In this document: in pieces, positions 30,371 to 40,444 of the stretch
How positions within the stretch are numbered: the stretch's first letter is position 1
Layout: each line of letters opens with the position of its first letter
Assembly: GCA_030595795.1 (NCBI GenBank)
Contig: JAUVCH010000004.1
Span: 4,502 to 68,501 of the forward strand
Reading direction: 5' to 3'
DNA from: Gammaproteobacteria bacterium
GTDB lineage: Bacteria; Pseudomonadota; Gammaproteobacteria; GCA-001735895
DNA: 64,000 bases
Notes under the pieces: generated by a model
The model's input: only the letters and a program-made list of their open reading frames with translations
What the model was told of the DNA's origin: nothing
Database searches by the model: none
Program-made: the position numbers and the translations under genes

Positions 30371-30919
30371 TTGGATCAATATAGAGGCACAACCATTTTG
30401 TCGGTTCGTCGTGGCGATTCGGTGGTGATCGGCGGTGACGGCCAGGTCAGTCTTGGCAATACCATCATGAAGGGCAATGCCCGAAAAGTCCGACGACTGT
30501 ATAAGGGCCAGGTTATCGCTGGCTTTGCTGGCGGTACTGCCGACGCTTTTCTGCTATTTGAACTATTCGAAGCCAAGCTCGAAAAACACAACGGGCAAAT
30601 GGTGCGCGCCGCCGTCGAGCTGGCCAAAGACTGGCGTTCGGATAAGATGCTGCGCCGTCTCGAAGCTTTGCTTTGCGTCGCCAGCAAGGATGCCTCTTTG
30701 ATCATTTCTGGCAATGGCGATGTTATCGAGCCTGAGGACGACCTGATGGCTATCGGCTCTGGTGGTGCATTCGCTCAGGCCGCAGCCAGGGCGATGCTCG
30801 ACACCACCGAAATGAATGCTCGCGAGATCGTGCAGAAGGGCCTGGAGATAGCCGGGAATATTTGTATTTACACCAATCTCAATCATTCTTTTGAAGAACT
30901 CAACTACGGCGAATCTTAA
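30371..30919 (+). CDS. hslV: ATP-dependent protease subunit HslV
   Basis: Strong HslV similarity (…[37 protein letters not shown]…). It has a TTG start with an upstream GAGG and an N-terminal MDQYRG extension before the catalytic Thr. Confidence 0.9.
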   Translation: MDQYRGTTILSVRRGDSVVIGGDGQVSLGNTIMKGNARKVRRLYKGQVIAGFAGGTADAFLLFELFEAKLEKHNGQMVRAAVELAKDWRSDKMLRRLEALLCVASKDASLIISGNGDVIEPEDDLMAIGSGGAFAQAAARAMLDTTEMNAREIVQKGLEIAGNICIYTNLNHSFEELNYGES

Positions 30920-30921
30920 AC

Positions 30922-32268
30922 GTGGATAGCAATTTAATTTATCAATCTCCGATGACTCCGCGTGAAATTACGCAGGAACTCGACAATCATATTATCGGCC
31001 AGGATAACGCCAAGCGCGCGGTGGCCATCGCCCTGCGTAACCGCTGGCGACGTCAGCAGGTAAGCGAAGAATTACGCAACGAAATTACACCGAAAAATAT
31101 TCTCATGATGGGTCCAACAGGCGTGGGTAAAACCGAAATCGCACGACGTCTGGCACGTCTGGCGAATGCGCCATTCATCAAGGTAGAAGCCACCAAATTC
31201 ACCGAAGTCGGCTACGTCGGCCGCGATGTCGAATCGATTATCCGCGACCTCGTCGATGTTTCGGTAAAAGACATGCGTGAAGCCGAAGTAGCACGCGTGC
31301 GCCACCGTGCCGAAGACGCTGCTGAAGAACGGGTACTCGATGCATTATTGCCTCGTCCCAATGATATTCAGCCGGAAGCCGATGACTCGGCGGCCAATAC
31401 GAGGCAGAAATTTCGCAAAATGCTGCGCGAAGGCAAACTTAACGATAAGGAGATTGAAATCGATTTACAGTTACCCAGTGTTGGCGTCGAAATTATGGCA
31501 CCACCAGGTATGGAAGACATGACCAACCAGTTACAGGGTATGTTCCAGAACCTCGGTAACCAGAAATCGAAAACACGCAAGTTAGGCGTTGAAGAAGCAC
31601 TCAAGTTGCTCACCGACGAAGAAGCGTCAAAAATGATTAATCAGGATGAGTTGAAACTGACCGCGCTGGAAAATGCCGAGCAAAACGGCATCGTTTTCAT
31701 CGACGAGATCGACAAGGTCGCCAAACGACAGGAAACCAGTGGTGCCGATGTCTCGCGCGAAGGCGTACAACGCGACCTGCTACCACTGGTCGAAGGTTGC
31801 ACGGTTTCGACCAAGGCGGGCATGATTCAGACCGATCATATCCTGTTTATCGCCTCCGGTGCATTTCACCTGTCTAAGCCCAGCGATTTAATCCCCGAAC
31901 TCCAGGGTCGCTTGCCGATTCGCGTCGAACTCTCAGCACTGACTGTGGGTGATTTTATTCGCATCCTGAGCGAGCCCAATGCTTCGCTCACGGAGCAGTA
32001 TATCGCGCTGATGGAAACCGAAGACGTGCATTTGTCATTCACCGAGGATGGCCTCGCGCGCATCGCCGAAGTCGCCTGGCAGGTGAACGAAAAGCAGGAA
32101 AATATCGGTGCCCGTCGATTGCATACTGTGATGGAGCGCCTACTCGAAACCGTCAGCTTTGATGCCTCGGATATGCTTGAAGAGCATATCAAAATTGACG
32201 CTGATTACGTCAATGAGCATCTTGGCGAGCTATCTCTCGAAGAAGATTTAAGCCAGTATATTCTTTAA
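30922..32268 (+). CDS. hslU: ATP-dependent protease ATPase subunit HslU
   Basis: Walker A GPTGVGKT and Walker [10 protein letters not shown]; GTG start. Confidence 0.95.
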   Translation: MDSNLIYQSPMTPREITQELDNHIIGQDNAKRAVAIALRNRWRRQQVSEELRNEITPKNILMMGPTGVGKTEIARRLARLANAPFIKVEATKFTEVGYVGRDVESIIRDLVDVSVKDMREAEVARVRHRAEDAAEERVLDALLPRPNDIQPEADDSAANTRQKFRKMLREGKLNDKEIEIDLQLPSVGVEIMAPPGMEDMTNQLQGMFQNLGNQKSKTRKLGVEEALKLLTDEEASKMINQDELKLTALENAEQNGIVFIDEIDKVAKRQETSGADVSREGVQRDLLPLVEGCTVSTKAGMIQTDHILFIASGAFHLSKPSDLIPELQGRLPIRVELSALTVGDFIRILSEPNASLTEQYIALMETEDVHLSFTEDGLARIAEVAWQVNEKQENIGARRLHTVMERLLETVSFDASDMLEEHIKIDADYVNEHLGELSLEEDLSQYIL

Positions 32269-32271
32269 ACA

Positions 32272-32649
32272 ATGCCGAGCAGCGATATGTCAAAAGTCAA
32301 ACCTACCGAAGTAAATTTTCACAAGCTGTCCCGCGTGCTCGAGCTCAGCTTCGAAGATGGTACCAATTTTAAATTACCCACCGAATATTTGCGCGTTTAC
32401 TCGCCCTCGGCTGAAGTGCAAGGACATGGCCCTGGGCAGGAAAAATTGCAGCTCGGCAAAGAGGATGTAAATATCACGCAGATCGAACCCGTCGGCCACT
32501 ATGCGCTTAAACTGGTATTTGACGACAATCACGACTCTGGCATTTTTAGCTGGGAGTATTTACATCATCTGGGTAGTAATTACGAAGAGAAATGGCAACT
32601 TTATTTGGAGCGCCTGGCTGAGGCTGGGTATGAGCGGAAAATCGATTGA
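32272..32649 (+). CDS. DUF971 domain protein (gamma-butyrobetaine hydroxylase-like N-terminal domain)
   Basis: Conserved partner downstream of hslU in pseudomonads. Confidence 0.75.
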   Translation: MPSSDMSKVKPTEVNFHKLSRVLELSFEDGTNFKLPTEYLRVYSPSAEVQGHGPGQEKLQLGKEDVNITQIEPVGHYALKLVFDDNHDSGIFSWEYLHHLGSNYEEKWQLYLERLAEAGYERKID

Positions 32650-32734
32650 AATCTCGGGCGGGGTGAGTTGAGCCCCTACCTCAAAACCTCCACTTCTGCT
32701 ATGGTTCGCTTGTCATTCACACAGCGAATTACCC

Positions 32735-33487
32735 GTGCCAAAAGAATCCACCACGCATTTCGGTTTTAACGAAATTCCAGCCAAGGAAAAACAACGGCGT
32801 GTCGCCGATGTTTTCGATTCGGTGGCAGGTAACTATGATCTCATGAACGATGTTTTATCGTTTGGTGTTCATCATTTGTGGAAACGCTTCACCCTCGAAC
32901 TCTGCGGCCTGCGGCCCGGACAGCAGGTACTCGACCTCGCCGGTGGCACCGGTGATCTGGCAATAAAACAGGCCAAAGCTGTCGGCGAATCCGGGCAGGT
33001 TTTTCTCGGTGATATCAATGCCGCGATGCTGCAACAGGGTCGCGATAGAGTCATCAATAAGGGACTGATCGGGCGTATCGAACCGATACAGTGTAATGCC
33101 GAAATGCTACCGTTCGCCGATAACTCACTAGACTGTATTACCATCGCTTTCGGCTTACGCAATGTCACCGATAAGGGGAAAGCCCTGGCTTCGATGCAAC
33201 GTGTTTTAAAACCTGGTGGCCGACTCTGCGTACTCGAATTTTCACGTCCGATTTATGAACCACTGGAAAAGATCTACGAATTTTACTCGTTCAAAATTCT
33301 GCCGAAACTGGGTGAATGGATTGCAAAAGACCGCGACAGCTATCAATACCTGGCCGAGTCCATTCGTATGCACCCCGACCAGGAAACATTGAAACAGATG
33401 ATGCTCGAAGAAGGTCATTTTGATGAAGTCGGGATATACAATTTAAGCGGCGGTATCGTCGCCCTGCACCGCGCCTTCAAATACTGA
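32735..33487 (+). CDS. ubiE: Ubiquinone/menaquinone biosynthesis C-methyltransferase UbiE
   Basis: …[17 protein letters not shown]…, …[11 protein letters not shown]…. Confidence 0.9.
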   Translation: MPKESTTHFGFNEIPAKEKQRRVADVFDSVAGNYDLMNDVLSFGVHHLWKRFTLELCGLRPGQQVLDLAGGTGDLAIKQAKAVGESGQVFLGDINAAMLQQGRDRVINKGLIGRIEPIQCNAEMLPFADNSLDCITIAFGLRNVTDKGKALASMQRVLKPGGRLCVLEFSRPIYEPLEKIYEFYSFKILPKLGEWIAKDRDSYQYLAESIRMHPDQETLKQMMLEEGHFDEVGIYNLSGGIVALHRAFKY

Positions 33488-33500
33488 ACAAACTTTTACC

Positions 33501-34133
33501 ATGCTGCCTTTACCCAACCCCTTACTCGCCCTGGCCGAAATAGGCAGCAACCGCCTGCTGGCGCTAGACGAGGCGATTATTCAGCGTTGCGCCGGTTTGC
33601 AGGGTCGCTGCGTCGCCATTGAATTCACCGACCTGGAACTTACCTTATTCTGCCATCCGGGAAACTGGGGCATCCGCCTGAGTCAGGAACCGCCCGCGCG
33701 CGATATCGACGCAACTATCTCGGGTCGGTTGTTCGCGCTACTCAATTTGAGTATCGAAGACGATAAAATCAGCACTTCGATTCGCGAGCGTGTCAGCATT
33801 AATGGCGATGCACGGGTCGCGCAGCAAATGCAGAAAATAATTACCGACATCGATATCGACTGGGAAGAGGTTCTGTCGCAATACACTGGCGATGTGCTGG
33901 CTTTTCAAATTCACCAACAGGCCCGAAAAACAGCACGTTTTTTACAGCAGGGATTAAAGTCGTTAATGCAGACCAATAGCGAGTACCTACGCGAAGAAGC
34001 CCGATTAACCCCTCACCTGGCCGAGTTCGAACGGTTCCAGAAAGACGTTACTACTATTAAACACGATGTCGATCGAACAGAATCCCGTATCCGACGATTA
34101 TCCAGAACCCTGATTGATAATAAAAAAACATGA
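33501..34133 (+). CDS. ubiJ: Ubiquinone biosynthesis accessory factor UbiJ (SCP2 domain)
   Basis: Position between ubiE and ubiB, with SCP2-like N-terminal half. Confidence 0.7.
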   Translation: MLPLPNPLLALAEIGSNRLLALDEAIIQRCAGLQGRCVAIEFTDLELTLFCHPGNWGIRLSQEPPARDIDATISGRLFALLNLSIEDDKISTSIRERVSINGDARVAQQMQKIITDIDIDWEEVLSQYTGDVLAFQIHQQARKTARFLQQGLKSLMQTNSEYLREEARLTPHLAEFERFQKDVTTIKHDVDRTESRIRRLSRTLIDNKKT

Positions 34134-35797
34134 GAATTTTGCGGCGCCTGCTGATTATAAATTTCACTCTGGCCCGCTACGGGCTGGATCAAATCCTGTC
34201 GCCCCTACCCTTCTTCCGACACCTTCGATGGGTGAGCTGGGTAAACCCGTTTAACTGGTTCCGCAGCAAAAAACTGTCAGAAGCCGAACGCCTGCGTCTA
34301 TGCATCGAGGCCCTCGGACCAATTTTCATCAAGTTTGGACAAATGCTATCGACCCGTCAGGATCTACTCCCCGACGAAATTTCCGCCGAGCTGGCGAAAC
34401 TGCTCGACCGAGTACCGCCTTTTCCGTTGCAGCAGGCGCGTGACATTCTCGAACAGCAACTCAGCATGCCGGTAGAGGAGGCGTTTTCATCCTTCGATGA
34501 CAATGTGCTGGCTTCGGCATCGATAGCGCAGGTTTATTCTGCAACGCTCAATAGCGGTGAAGAAGTGGTGGTAAAAATCGTACGCCCTAATATCGAGTTG
34601 CGTATCCGCGAAGACGTCGAAGTATTGAAGATGGTGGCTGGCATGGCCGACCGCTACTGGAGCGAAGCTAGTCGCGCCAAACCGATCCAGGTCGTGGAAG
34701 AATTCGAAAAGACTATCCTCAACGAGCTCGACCTGGTTCGCGAAGCCGCCAACGCCAATGAACTACGTCGCCACTTCGAAGGCTCGGCCGATTTATACGT
34801 GCCGCAGGTTTACTGGGACTACTGCAAGTCCAGAGTCATGGTGATTGAGCGTATTCGAGGCATTCCCGTCTCCGATATCGAGCAATTGCGTGCGCATAAT
34901 ATCAACCTCGAAGTCCTTTCTCGCAAAGGCGTCGAAGTGTTTTTCACTCAGGTTTATCGGCATAATTATTTTCACGCCGACATGCATCCGGGCAATATTT
35001 TCGTCTCCCCAGATAATCCCGACGACCCACAGTACATAGCCGTCGACTTCGGCATTATGGGCTCGTTATCGACTTCCGATCAACGCTATCTGGCGGAGAA
35101 TTTCGTCGCCTTTTTCAACCGAGATTATCGCCGCGTGGCGGAGTTACACGTCGATTCGGGCTGGGTTGACCCGGATACGCGCATCGACGATTTTGAGGCC
35201 GCTATTCGTGCGGTCTGTGAACCTCTGTTTCAACGCCCACTGGCACAGATTTCATTCGGCCATTTACTGTTACGCCTGTTTCAAACCGCTCGTAGCTTTA
35301 ATATGGAAATTCAGCCACAGCTATTGCTATTACAAAAAACCCTGTTGCACATCGAAGGTCTTGGCAGGCAGCTAAATCCTGACCTTAACCTCTGGGATAC
35401 GGCAAAACCCTTCCTCGAGCGCTGGCTTAGCGAGCAGCTCGGTGTTCGCGCTCTGGTGAAAGGTTTTAAGAAAAACCTGCCCTATATCGCAGAAAACCTG
35501 CCCGATTTACCTCAACTGGTTTTCAAAACCCTGCACAAAGTGGCCAATGACGAATTAACCTTCGAATTACAGTCGAAGCAGCTGGACTCAATCCGTGAAG
35601 AAATTCGCCTGGCTAATCGGCGCAGTATCCGCGTTATCATCGGCTGTAGCTTTATCATAAGCGCTAGTATTATTGCAGGACTCGATGGACTGGCTCCGGT
35701 AATGGTGGGGGGCGGAAAATTTTTAACGCCACTGGTAAGCCTGGCATTGGCGATACCCGGTATTTATCTGTTACTGAGCAGCAATCCCAGAGATTAA
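34130..35797 (+). CDS. ubiB: Ubiquinone biosynthesis protein kinase-like UbiB
   Basis: ABC1/ADCK kinase-like motifs (…FHADMHPGNIFV…) and C-terminal TM helices. Confidence 0.9.
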   Translation: MRILRRLLIINFTLARYGLDQILSPLPFFRHLRWVSWVNPFNWFRSKKLSEAERLRLCIEALGPIFIKFGQMLSTRQDLLPDEISAELAKLLDRVPPFPLQQARDILEQQLSMPVEEAFSSFDDNVLASASIAQVYSATLNSGEEVVVKIVRPNIELRIREDVEVLKMVAGMADRYWSEASRAKPIQVVEEFEKTILNELDLVREAANANELRRHFEGSADLYVPQVYWDYCKSRVMVIERIRGIPVSDIEQLRAHNINLEVLSRKGVEVFFTQVYRHNYFHADMHPGNIFVSPDNPDDPQYIAVDFGIMGSLSTSDQRYLAENFVAFFNRDYRRVAELHVDSGWVDPDTRIDDFEAAIRAVCEPLFQRPLAQISFGHLLLRLFQTARSFNMEIQPQLLLLQKTLLHIEGLGRQLNPDLNLWDTAKPFLERWLSEQLGVRALVKGFKKNLPYIAENLPDLPQLVFKTLHKVANDELTFELQSKQLDSIREEIRLANRRSIRVIIGCSFIISASIIAGLDGLAPVMVGGGKFLTPLVSLALAIPGIYLLLSSNPRD

Positions 35798-36531
35798 GAA
35801 CACTGACTCTTGGTCAAATGCTTGTTAAGGCGCTTGCCGTGCTTATAACCCTTCCAGTAAGCCGTTTTCACCTCTGCTCGATATTCTTCGGGAACGCCAT
35901 TGATATACTGATTGAAGTCACGGTGAAACACTTTATCATCTTCGCAAAATTTACGTTTGTAGGCGAGTTGACCGGTAAGCTCGGCAACGCGTAAAAACCC
36001 ATCTTTCGGGTCTTCTTCGGGCTCTTCCTCGACAGTTTCCTGGACCTTCGTTTTTTTGGATGTTTCCTCCGTGGCAACGTTCGCGACTTCGACGTTATCG
36101 TCGCGCTGCCTGGATTCGGTTAAACGTTTACACTCGTCTGCGGAGAGCAAGGCAGTATCTTTCTGACTTTTGTCGAACCCCTCCTGAAAGCTATCCCGCA
36201 TACTATTTCGCGCTTCTTCCGACACCGACTGAACGCGTTGGGTAAATTCGGCTAGCACATCGGCTTCGCCGCATTGCAGACGAGAATAACTCAAAGTGCC
36301 CAGGGTTTTCGCTAAATTAACAATCGTCGCCTGTGCATTGCCCTGACGGCTCGCCAATTCTTCCTCGGTTTCATCTTCTTCAGCTTCACTGGCTTTATTT
36401 AGCTCAGCAATGGCCTTGTCCATGATTATCAGAACCGAGTTAAGGCCCTGGTCCTGCATTTCGGCGTGACTCGAAAAAGACAGGCCAAATAGCACAACAA
36501 AGGCTAACAATATGGATTTATGAATGCTCAT
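35794..36531 (-). CDS. Secreted hypothetical protein; signal peptide, four Cys, Glu-rich
   Basis: N-terminal signal MSIHKSILLAFVVLFGLSFSSHA; family not recognised. Confidence 0.55.
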   Translation of the reverse strand: MSIHKSILLAFVVLFGLSFSSHAEMQDQGLNSVLIIMDKAIAELNKASEAEEDETEEELASRQGNAQATIVNLAKTLGTLSYSRLQCGEADVLAEFTQRVQSVSEEARNSMRDSFQEGFDKSQKDTALLSADECKRLTESRQRDDNVEVANVATEETSKKTKVQETVEEEPEEDPKDGFLRVAELTGQLAYKRKFCEDDKVFHRDFNQYINGVPEEYRAEVKTAYWKGYKHGKRLNKHLTKSQCS

Positions 36532-36680
36532 TATTTTTTCATCCGTTATTTATGCAGTTATTAAATCATGTCTATGGACTTTCATCCAGTTGGGGTACGA
36601 TAAAGTCGATCTTGATCAATTACAGATTCACTTTCCTCAAGCAAAATCATAGGCCTATTAGCAATACACTAGAGATCATA

Positions 36681-36896
36681 ATGACCGCAAAACTCAGGAC
36701 TAAGGTAATTAGCTGCCCCGATAGAGGACGAGAAGTTGAAGTTACCTACAGGGTGTCCGGACGCTGGTACTCACCGACTTATGATGTCGTTAGCTGCCCG
36801 TCAATGCGCGATAGTGGCGTAGGTTGTGGCAGGCGGTGCAGACCGTTATTAGAAGGCTTGACCAGCTACCAGCCATCGTTTCCAGGCCGGATTTAG
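36681..36896 (+). CDS. Possible small Cys-rich protein (71 aa from the internal ATG); low confidence
   Basis: MTAKLRTKVISCPDRGREVEVTYRVSGRWYSPTYDVVSCPSMRDSGVGCGRRCR… contains six Cys. It has only a weak SD. The longer 114-aa track ORF (36552) has an implausible N-terminus. Confidence 0.3.
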   Translation: MTAKLRTKVISCPDRGREVEVTYRVSGRWYSPTYDVVSCPSMRDSGVGCGRRCRPLLEGLTSYQPSFPGRI

Positions 36897-36921
36897 GTTC
36901 TGCCTCTGAAACTTACTGCTA

Positions 36922-38058
36922 TCAGGGGTTTATAATTTCGTCGATGCCGAAACGATCGAGCATGCTTCGAACGGCTCCTAGTGCGCCCTGCATCTGTTCC
37001 GCGTTCAGGCGCCCAATGCAACCCATGCGGAAACTGTCGGCGACAGTCAGTTTGCCCGGGTAAATCACATAGCCCTGTTCGCGCAAGCCGTCATAAAAGG
37101 CGTTGAAATCGAACTCCGGATTTTTCGGCATATGAAAGGTAATGATGATCGGAGCCTGCAATTCGTCGGGTAACAGGGTCTTGAATCCCATTTCGCGCAT
37201 ACCCGTAATCAGTAGATCGCCATTTTGTCGATAACGCCCACCGCGACCTTCGACGCCACCCTCTTCTTCGAATTCATTCAGTGCCTGATCGAAAGCCAGC
37301 AAGACATGAGTCGGCGGGGTAAATCTCCACTGTTTATTTTTCATCATCGCCTGCCACTGGTCGTATAAGTCCAGGCTCAACGACGGTGAATTACCTTTGG
37401 CTTTCTCGATCGCAGATCGGCGTGCGATGCAAAAACCCATTCCCGGTGCGCCTTCGAGGCATTTGTTACTGGAGGCGACTACCGCATCAAATTCAATATT
37501 TTTCACGCTTAACGGCAATGCACCGAAGGCACTCATCGCATCGATGAGTAAACCACGCTGATGGCGCGCGACAACTTCTGAAATTTTCTCGATTGGATTG
37601 AGAATCCCCGAGGTGGTTTCGCAATAAACCATCACCACATGACTGATCTTAGGATCGTTACCGAGGGTTTGATCGAGCGCGTCAGTATCGACTGGGACAT
37701 CTTCGGCCGACTCCTGAATGATGTACTCGCGACGATAATAATCGCAAATTTTAGCGATGCGATGGCCATAAGCACCGTTAACCAGAATTAATACCTTGCC
37801 ATCGGCTGGTACAAAGTTCCCCATCATGGCTTCGACAACGAAAGTACCGCTACCCTGCAAAGGCACACTGACATGGCTGTCCTCGCCATCGACGATAGCC
37901 AGCAGCCGCTCCAGCATGTGCGCGTTGATATCGATAAAAGTATTATCGCGCGAACCATAATCGTGCAGCATCGCCTGCTTGACCGTCGGCGAAGTTGTCA
38001 GAGGGCCCGGGGTTAGCAGGTAGGGATCGCCAGTTGGTGAACTCACTGTGGTACTCAT
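36922..38058 (-). CDS. phnW: 2-aminoethylphosphonate--pyruvate transaminase
   Basis: Class V aminotransferase fold (…LLTPGPLTTS…, PLP Lys region) and its clustering with phnA and phnY. Confidence 0.85.
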   Translation of the reverse strand: MSTTVSSPTGDPYLLTPGPLTTSPTVKQAMLHDYGSRDNTFIDINAHMLERLLAIVDGEDSHVSVPLQGSGTFVVEAMMGNFVPADGKVLILVNGAYGHRIAKICDYYRREYIIQESAEDVPVDTDALDQTLGNDPKISHVVMVYCETTSGILNPIEKISEVVARHQRGLLIDAMSAFGALPLSVKNIEFDAVVASSNKCLEGAPGMGFCIARRSAIEKAKGNSPSLSLDLYDQWQAMMKNKQWRFTPPTHVLLAFDQALNEFEEEGGVEGRGGRYRQNGDLLITGMREMGFKTLLPDELQAPIIITFHMPKNPEFDFNAFYDGLREQGYVIYPGKLTVADSFRMGCIGRLNAEQMQGALGAVRSMLDRFGIDEIINP

Positions 38059-38176
38059 AGCTAAATGCCTGTGGTTTAAGGATGTTGATTAATGTTCTTG
38101 ATCAATAAGGGTTGAGGTTTATAGCGCGTCTCACTACTATCTATCAAATCGATATATATTATGGTTGGAATAGGTC

Positions 38177-39058
38177 GTGCCGATATCACATGCCCATTTG
38201 CGCTCGTTTCACGCGGTGGCTACTCATGGTAGCTTTACACGCGCTGCCGAAGCATTGCACATCACCCAGCCCACTTTATCGGGCCAGGTCAAGGAACTCG
38301 AAGAGCGCTACGGTATTAAGTTATTTATCCGGCACGGACGTCACATCGAACTCACTGATATCGGCAAATCGGCGCTGGTGATTACCCGACAAATGTTCCG
38401 GCACGAAGAAGATGTCGAACAGTTGCTAATATCTGCACGCGCGCTTACCACTGGGAAATTGCTGGTAGCCGCCGATGCGCCCTATCTAATCACGCCGCTT
38501 CTCGCGCAGTTTCAGCGCATTTATCCGGGGATTCAAATATCAATTCAGTACGGCAACTCCAGCCAGCTCATGACCTGGCTCGAATCGCGTCGATGCGATA
38601 TCGCCCTGCTACCCAATATCCCCGAAGGCGATGATCGTTTGTATTCGATTTCGCTCGAACCCGGTCGCCTCGTGGCCTTCGTCAATGAGAGCCATGCCTG
38701 GGCTGAACGGCGCTCGGTGAGCCTGGCGGAACTACTCAGCCAGCGTATTATTTTACGTGAGCAGGGTTCCAGGACCCGGTCCATTTTCGAAGAAGCGGTG
38801 GAGTGTATCGACGCCCGCCTCAATCAGGTCATGGAAATTACGGGCCGAGAAGGCGTACGCGAGGCGGTTGCCGCCGGCTTCGGTGTCGGCATCATCGCCG
38901 AGCACGAACTGGTTGCCGATACTCGACTCCGCACTCTGCAAATCAGCGACGCCGAACTGGTTCATGCCGAGTATGTAATATGCCTGAAGGAACGCCTTAA
39001 CCTTCGTGTTACCGATGCCTTTCTGGAAATGATTCGATCCAATCAGGCTACAAACTGA
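38177..39058 (+). CDS. LysR-family transcriptional regulator, divergent from phnW
   Basis: N-terminal LysR HTH (…LRSFHAVATHGSFTRAAEALHITQPTLSGQVKELE…) and a C-terminal substrate-binding domain. Confidence 0.85.
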   Translation: MPISHAHLRSFHAVATHGSFTRAAEALHITQPTLSGQVKELEERYGIKLFIRHGRHIELTDIGKSALVITRQMFRHEEDVEQLLISARALTTGKLLVAADAPYLITPLLAQFQRIYPGIQISIQYGNSSQLMTWLESRRCDIALLPNIPEGDDRLYSISLEPGRLVAFVNESHAWAERRSVSLAELLSQRIILREQGSRTRSIFEEAVECIDARLNQVMEITGREGVREAVAAGFGVGIIAEHELVADTRLRTLQISDAELVHAEYVICLKERLNLRVTDAFLEMIRSNQATN

Positions 39059-39164
39059 TTAACTCATTGGCCAGCCCTATACAATACATCCGTAATATCG
39101 ATTTAAACCAATACCTGAATAACAGGTATAGTGCCGTTTCGTTTAACTCGGCGTACTCATATTC

Positions 39165-40415
39165 ATGACATCCTCGAAATCAAAAATTAGCGTCAACGGA
39201 CGCGACTACAAATGGCCGAACCGCCCACGAGTCGTCGTTTGTGTCGACGGATCGGAACCCGATTACATCGAAAAGGCGATCGAAGCCGGCGTCATGCCCT
39301 GGACCAAAAGGGTCGTCGAAGGCCAGGGTTCAGATTTACGCGCTCATTGCGTCGTACCCAGCTTCACCAACCCGAATAATATTTCAATTGTTACCGGCGT
39401 GCCGCCTAAGGTACACGGTATCTGCGGCAACTTTTATTACGATCGAGAAAACGATCGCGAAGTAATGATGAACGAACCTCATTTGCTTCGCACCCCAACC
39501 ATCTTTAAAGCTTTCCAGGACCAGGGCGCTAAAATTGCCATTGTCACCGCCAAGGACAAGCTGCGTCGCCTTTTGGGCAATGAGTTGCAATACGGTGCTG
39601 GCGGTGCTATTTGCTTTTCGTCAGAAAAGTCTGATGAAGCCAATTTAGAAGAGAATGGTATCGAAGGCGTGGTCGAAATGGTCGGCATGGAAGTCCCATC
39701 GGTTTATAGCGCCGAATTGTCAGAATTTATCTTCGCCGCCGGTGTCAAGCTCCTGGAAACAGTACGCCCCGACTTGATGTATTTATCCACCACCGATTAT
39801 ATCCAGCACAAATTTGCGCCCGGCAGTGATGGCGCCAATTCGTTCTATGCGATGATGGATAGCTACTGGGCAAAGCTTGACGAATTAGGCGCGGTCGTCG
39901 CGCTAACGGCCGACCACGGCATGAATGCCAAACATGATCAAAGCGGCGAACCGAAAGTAATTTACCTACAAGACGAGATGGATCGCATCTTAACAACCGC
40001 AGCCGCTCGCGTAATCTTACCGATTACCGATCCTTATGTGGTACACCACGGCGCATTGGGCTCTTATGCCACTATTTATCTGCCTGAAGATTGCGATGTC
40101 GAGCAGATCATATCTGAGTTAAAAGCGATTCCAGGCATGGAGCATGTTTTAACCAATGAGCAGGGCTGTAACAAATTTGAGCTCGCCAATGATCGTATGG
40201 GGGACTTAATACTGACCTCGGAGAAAGATACTGTTCTCGGCACTACAGCCACCCGGCACGATCTATCTGGACTGGAAGTCCCCTTACGTTCGCATGGCGG
40301 GGTTACCGAGCAAACAGTGCCATTGATATTCAGTCATCCGGCAACCCATCTGGATCCTGCCCATCAATTACGAAATTTCGATATCTTCAACGTTGCCCTG
40401 AACAACGTCGAGTAA
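39165..40415 (+). CDS. phnA: Phosphonoacetate hydrolase (alkaline phosphatase superfamily)
   Basis: About 416 aa; metal-ligand regions typical of the AP superfamily (…VVVCVDGSEP…, …LTADHGM…); context with phnW and phnY. Confidence 0.8.
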   Translation: MTSSKSKISVNGRDYKWPNRPRVVVCVDGSEPDYIEKAIEAGVMPWTKRVVEGQGSDLRAHCVVPSFTNPNNISIVTGVPPKVHGICGNFYYDRENDREVMMNEPHLLRTPTIFKAFQDQGAKIAIVTAKDKLRRLLGNELQYGAGGAICFSSEKSDEANLEENGIEGVVEMVGMEVPSVYSAELSEFIFAAGVKLLETVRPDLMYLSTTDYIQHKFAPGSDGANSFYAMMDSYWAKLDELGAVVALTADHGMNAKHDQSGEPKVIYLQDEMDRILTTAAARVILPITDPYVVHHGALGSYATIYLPEDCDVEQIISELKAIPGMEHVLTNEQGCNKFELANDRMGDLILTSEKDTVLGTTATRHDLSGLEVPLRSHGGVTEQTVPLIFSHPATHLDPAHQLRNFDIFNVALNNVE

Positions 40416-40444
40416 TAACACCCTAATTAATTGCGAAAATACTT

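Noticed and set aside
36552-36896. 114-aa track ORF starting at 36552
   Set aside because: The N-terminal 43 residues are low-complexity and implausible, and its start overlaps the promoter region of the divergent secreted-protein gene. Only the internal 71-codon Cys-rich ORF is retained, at low confidence.
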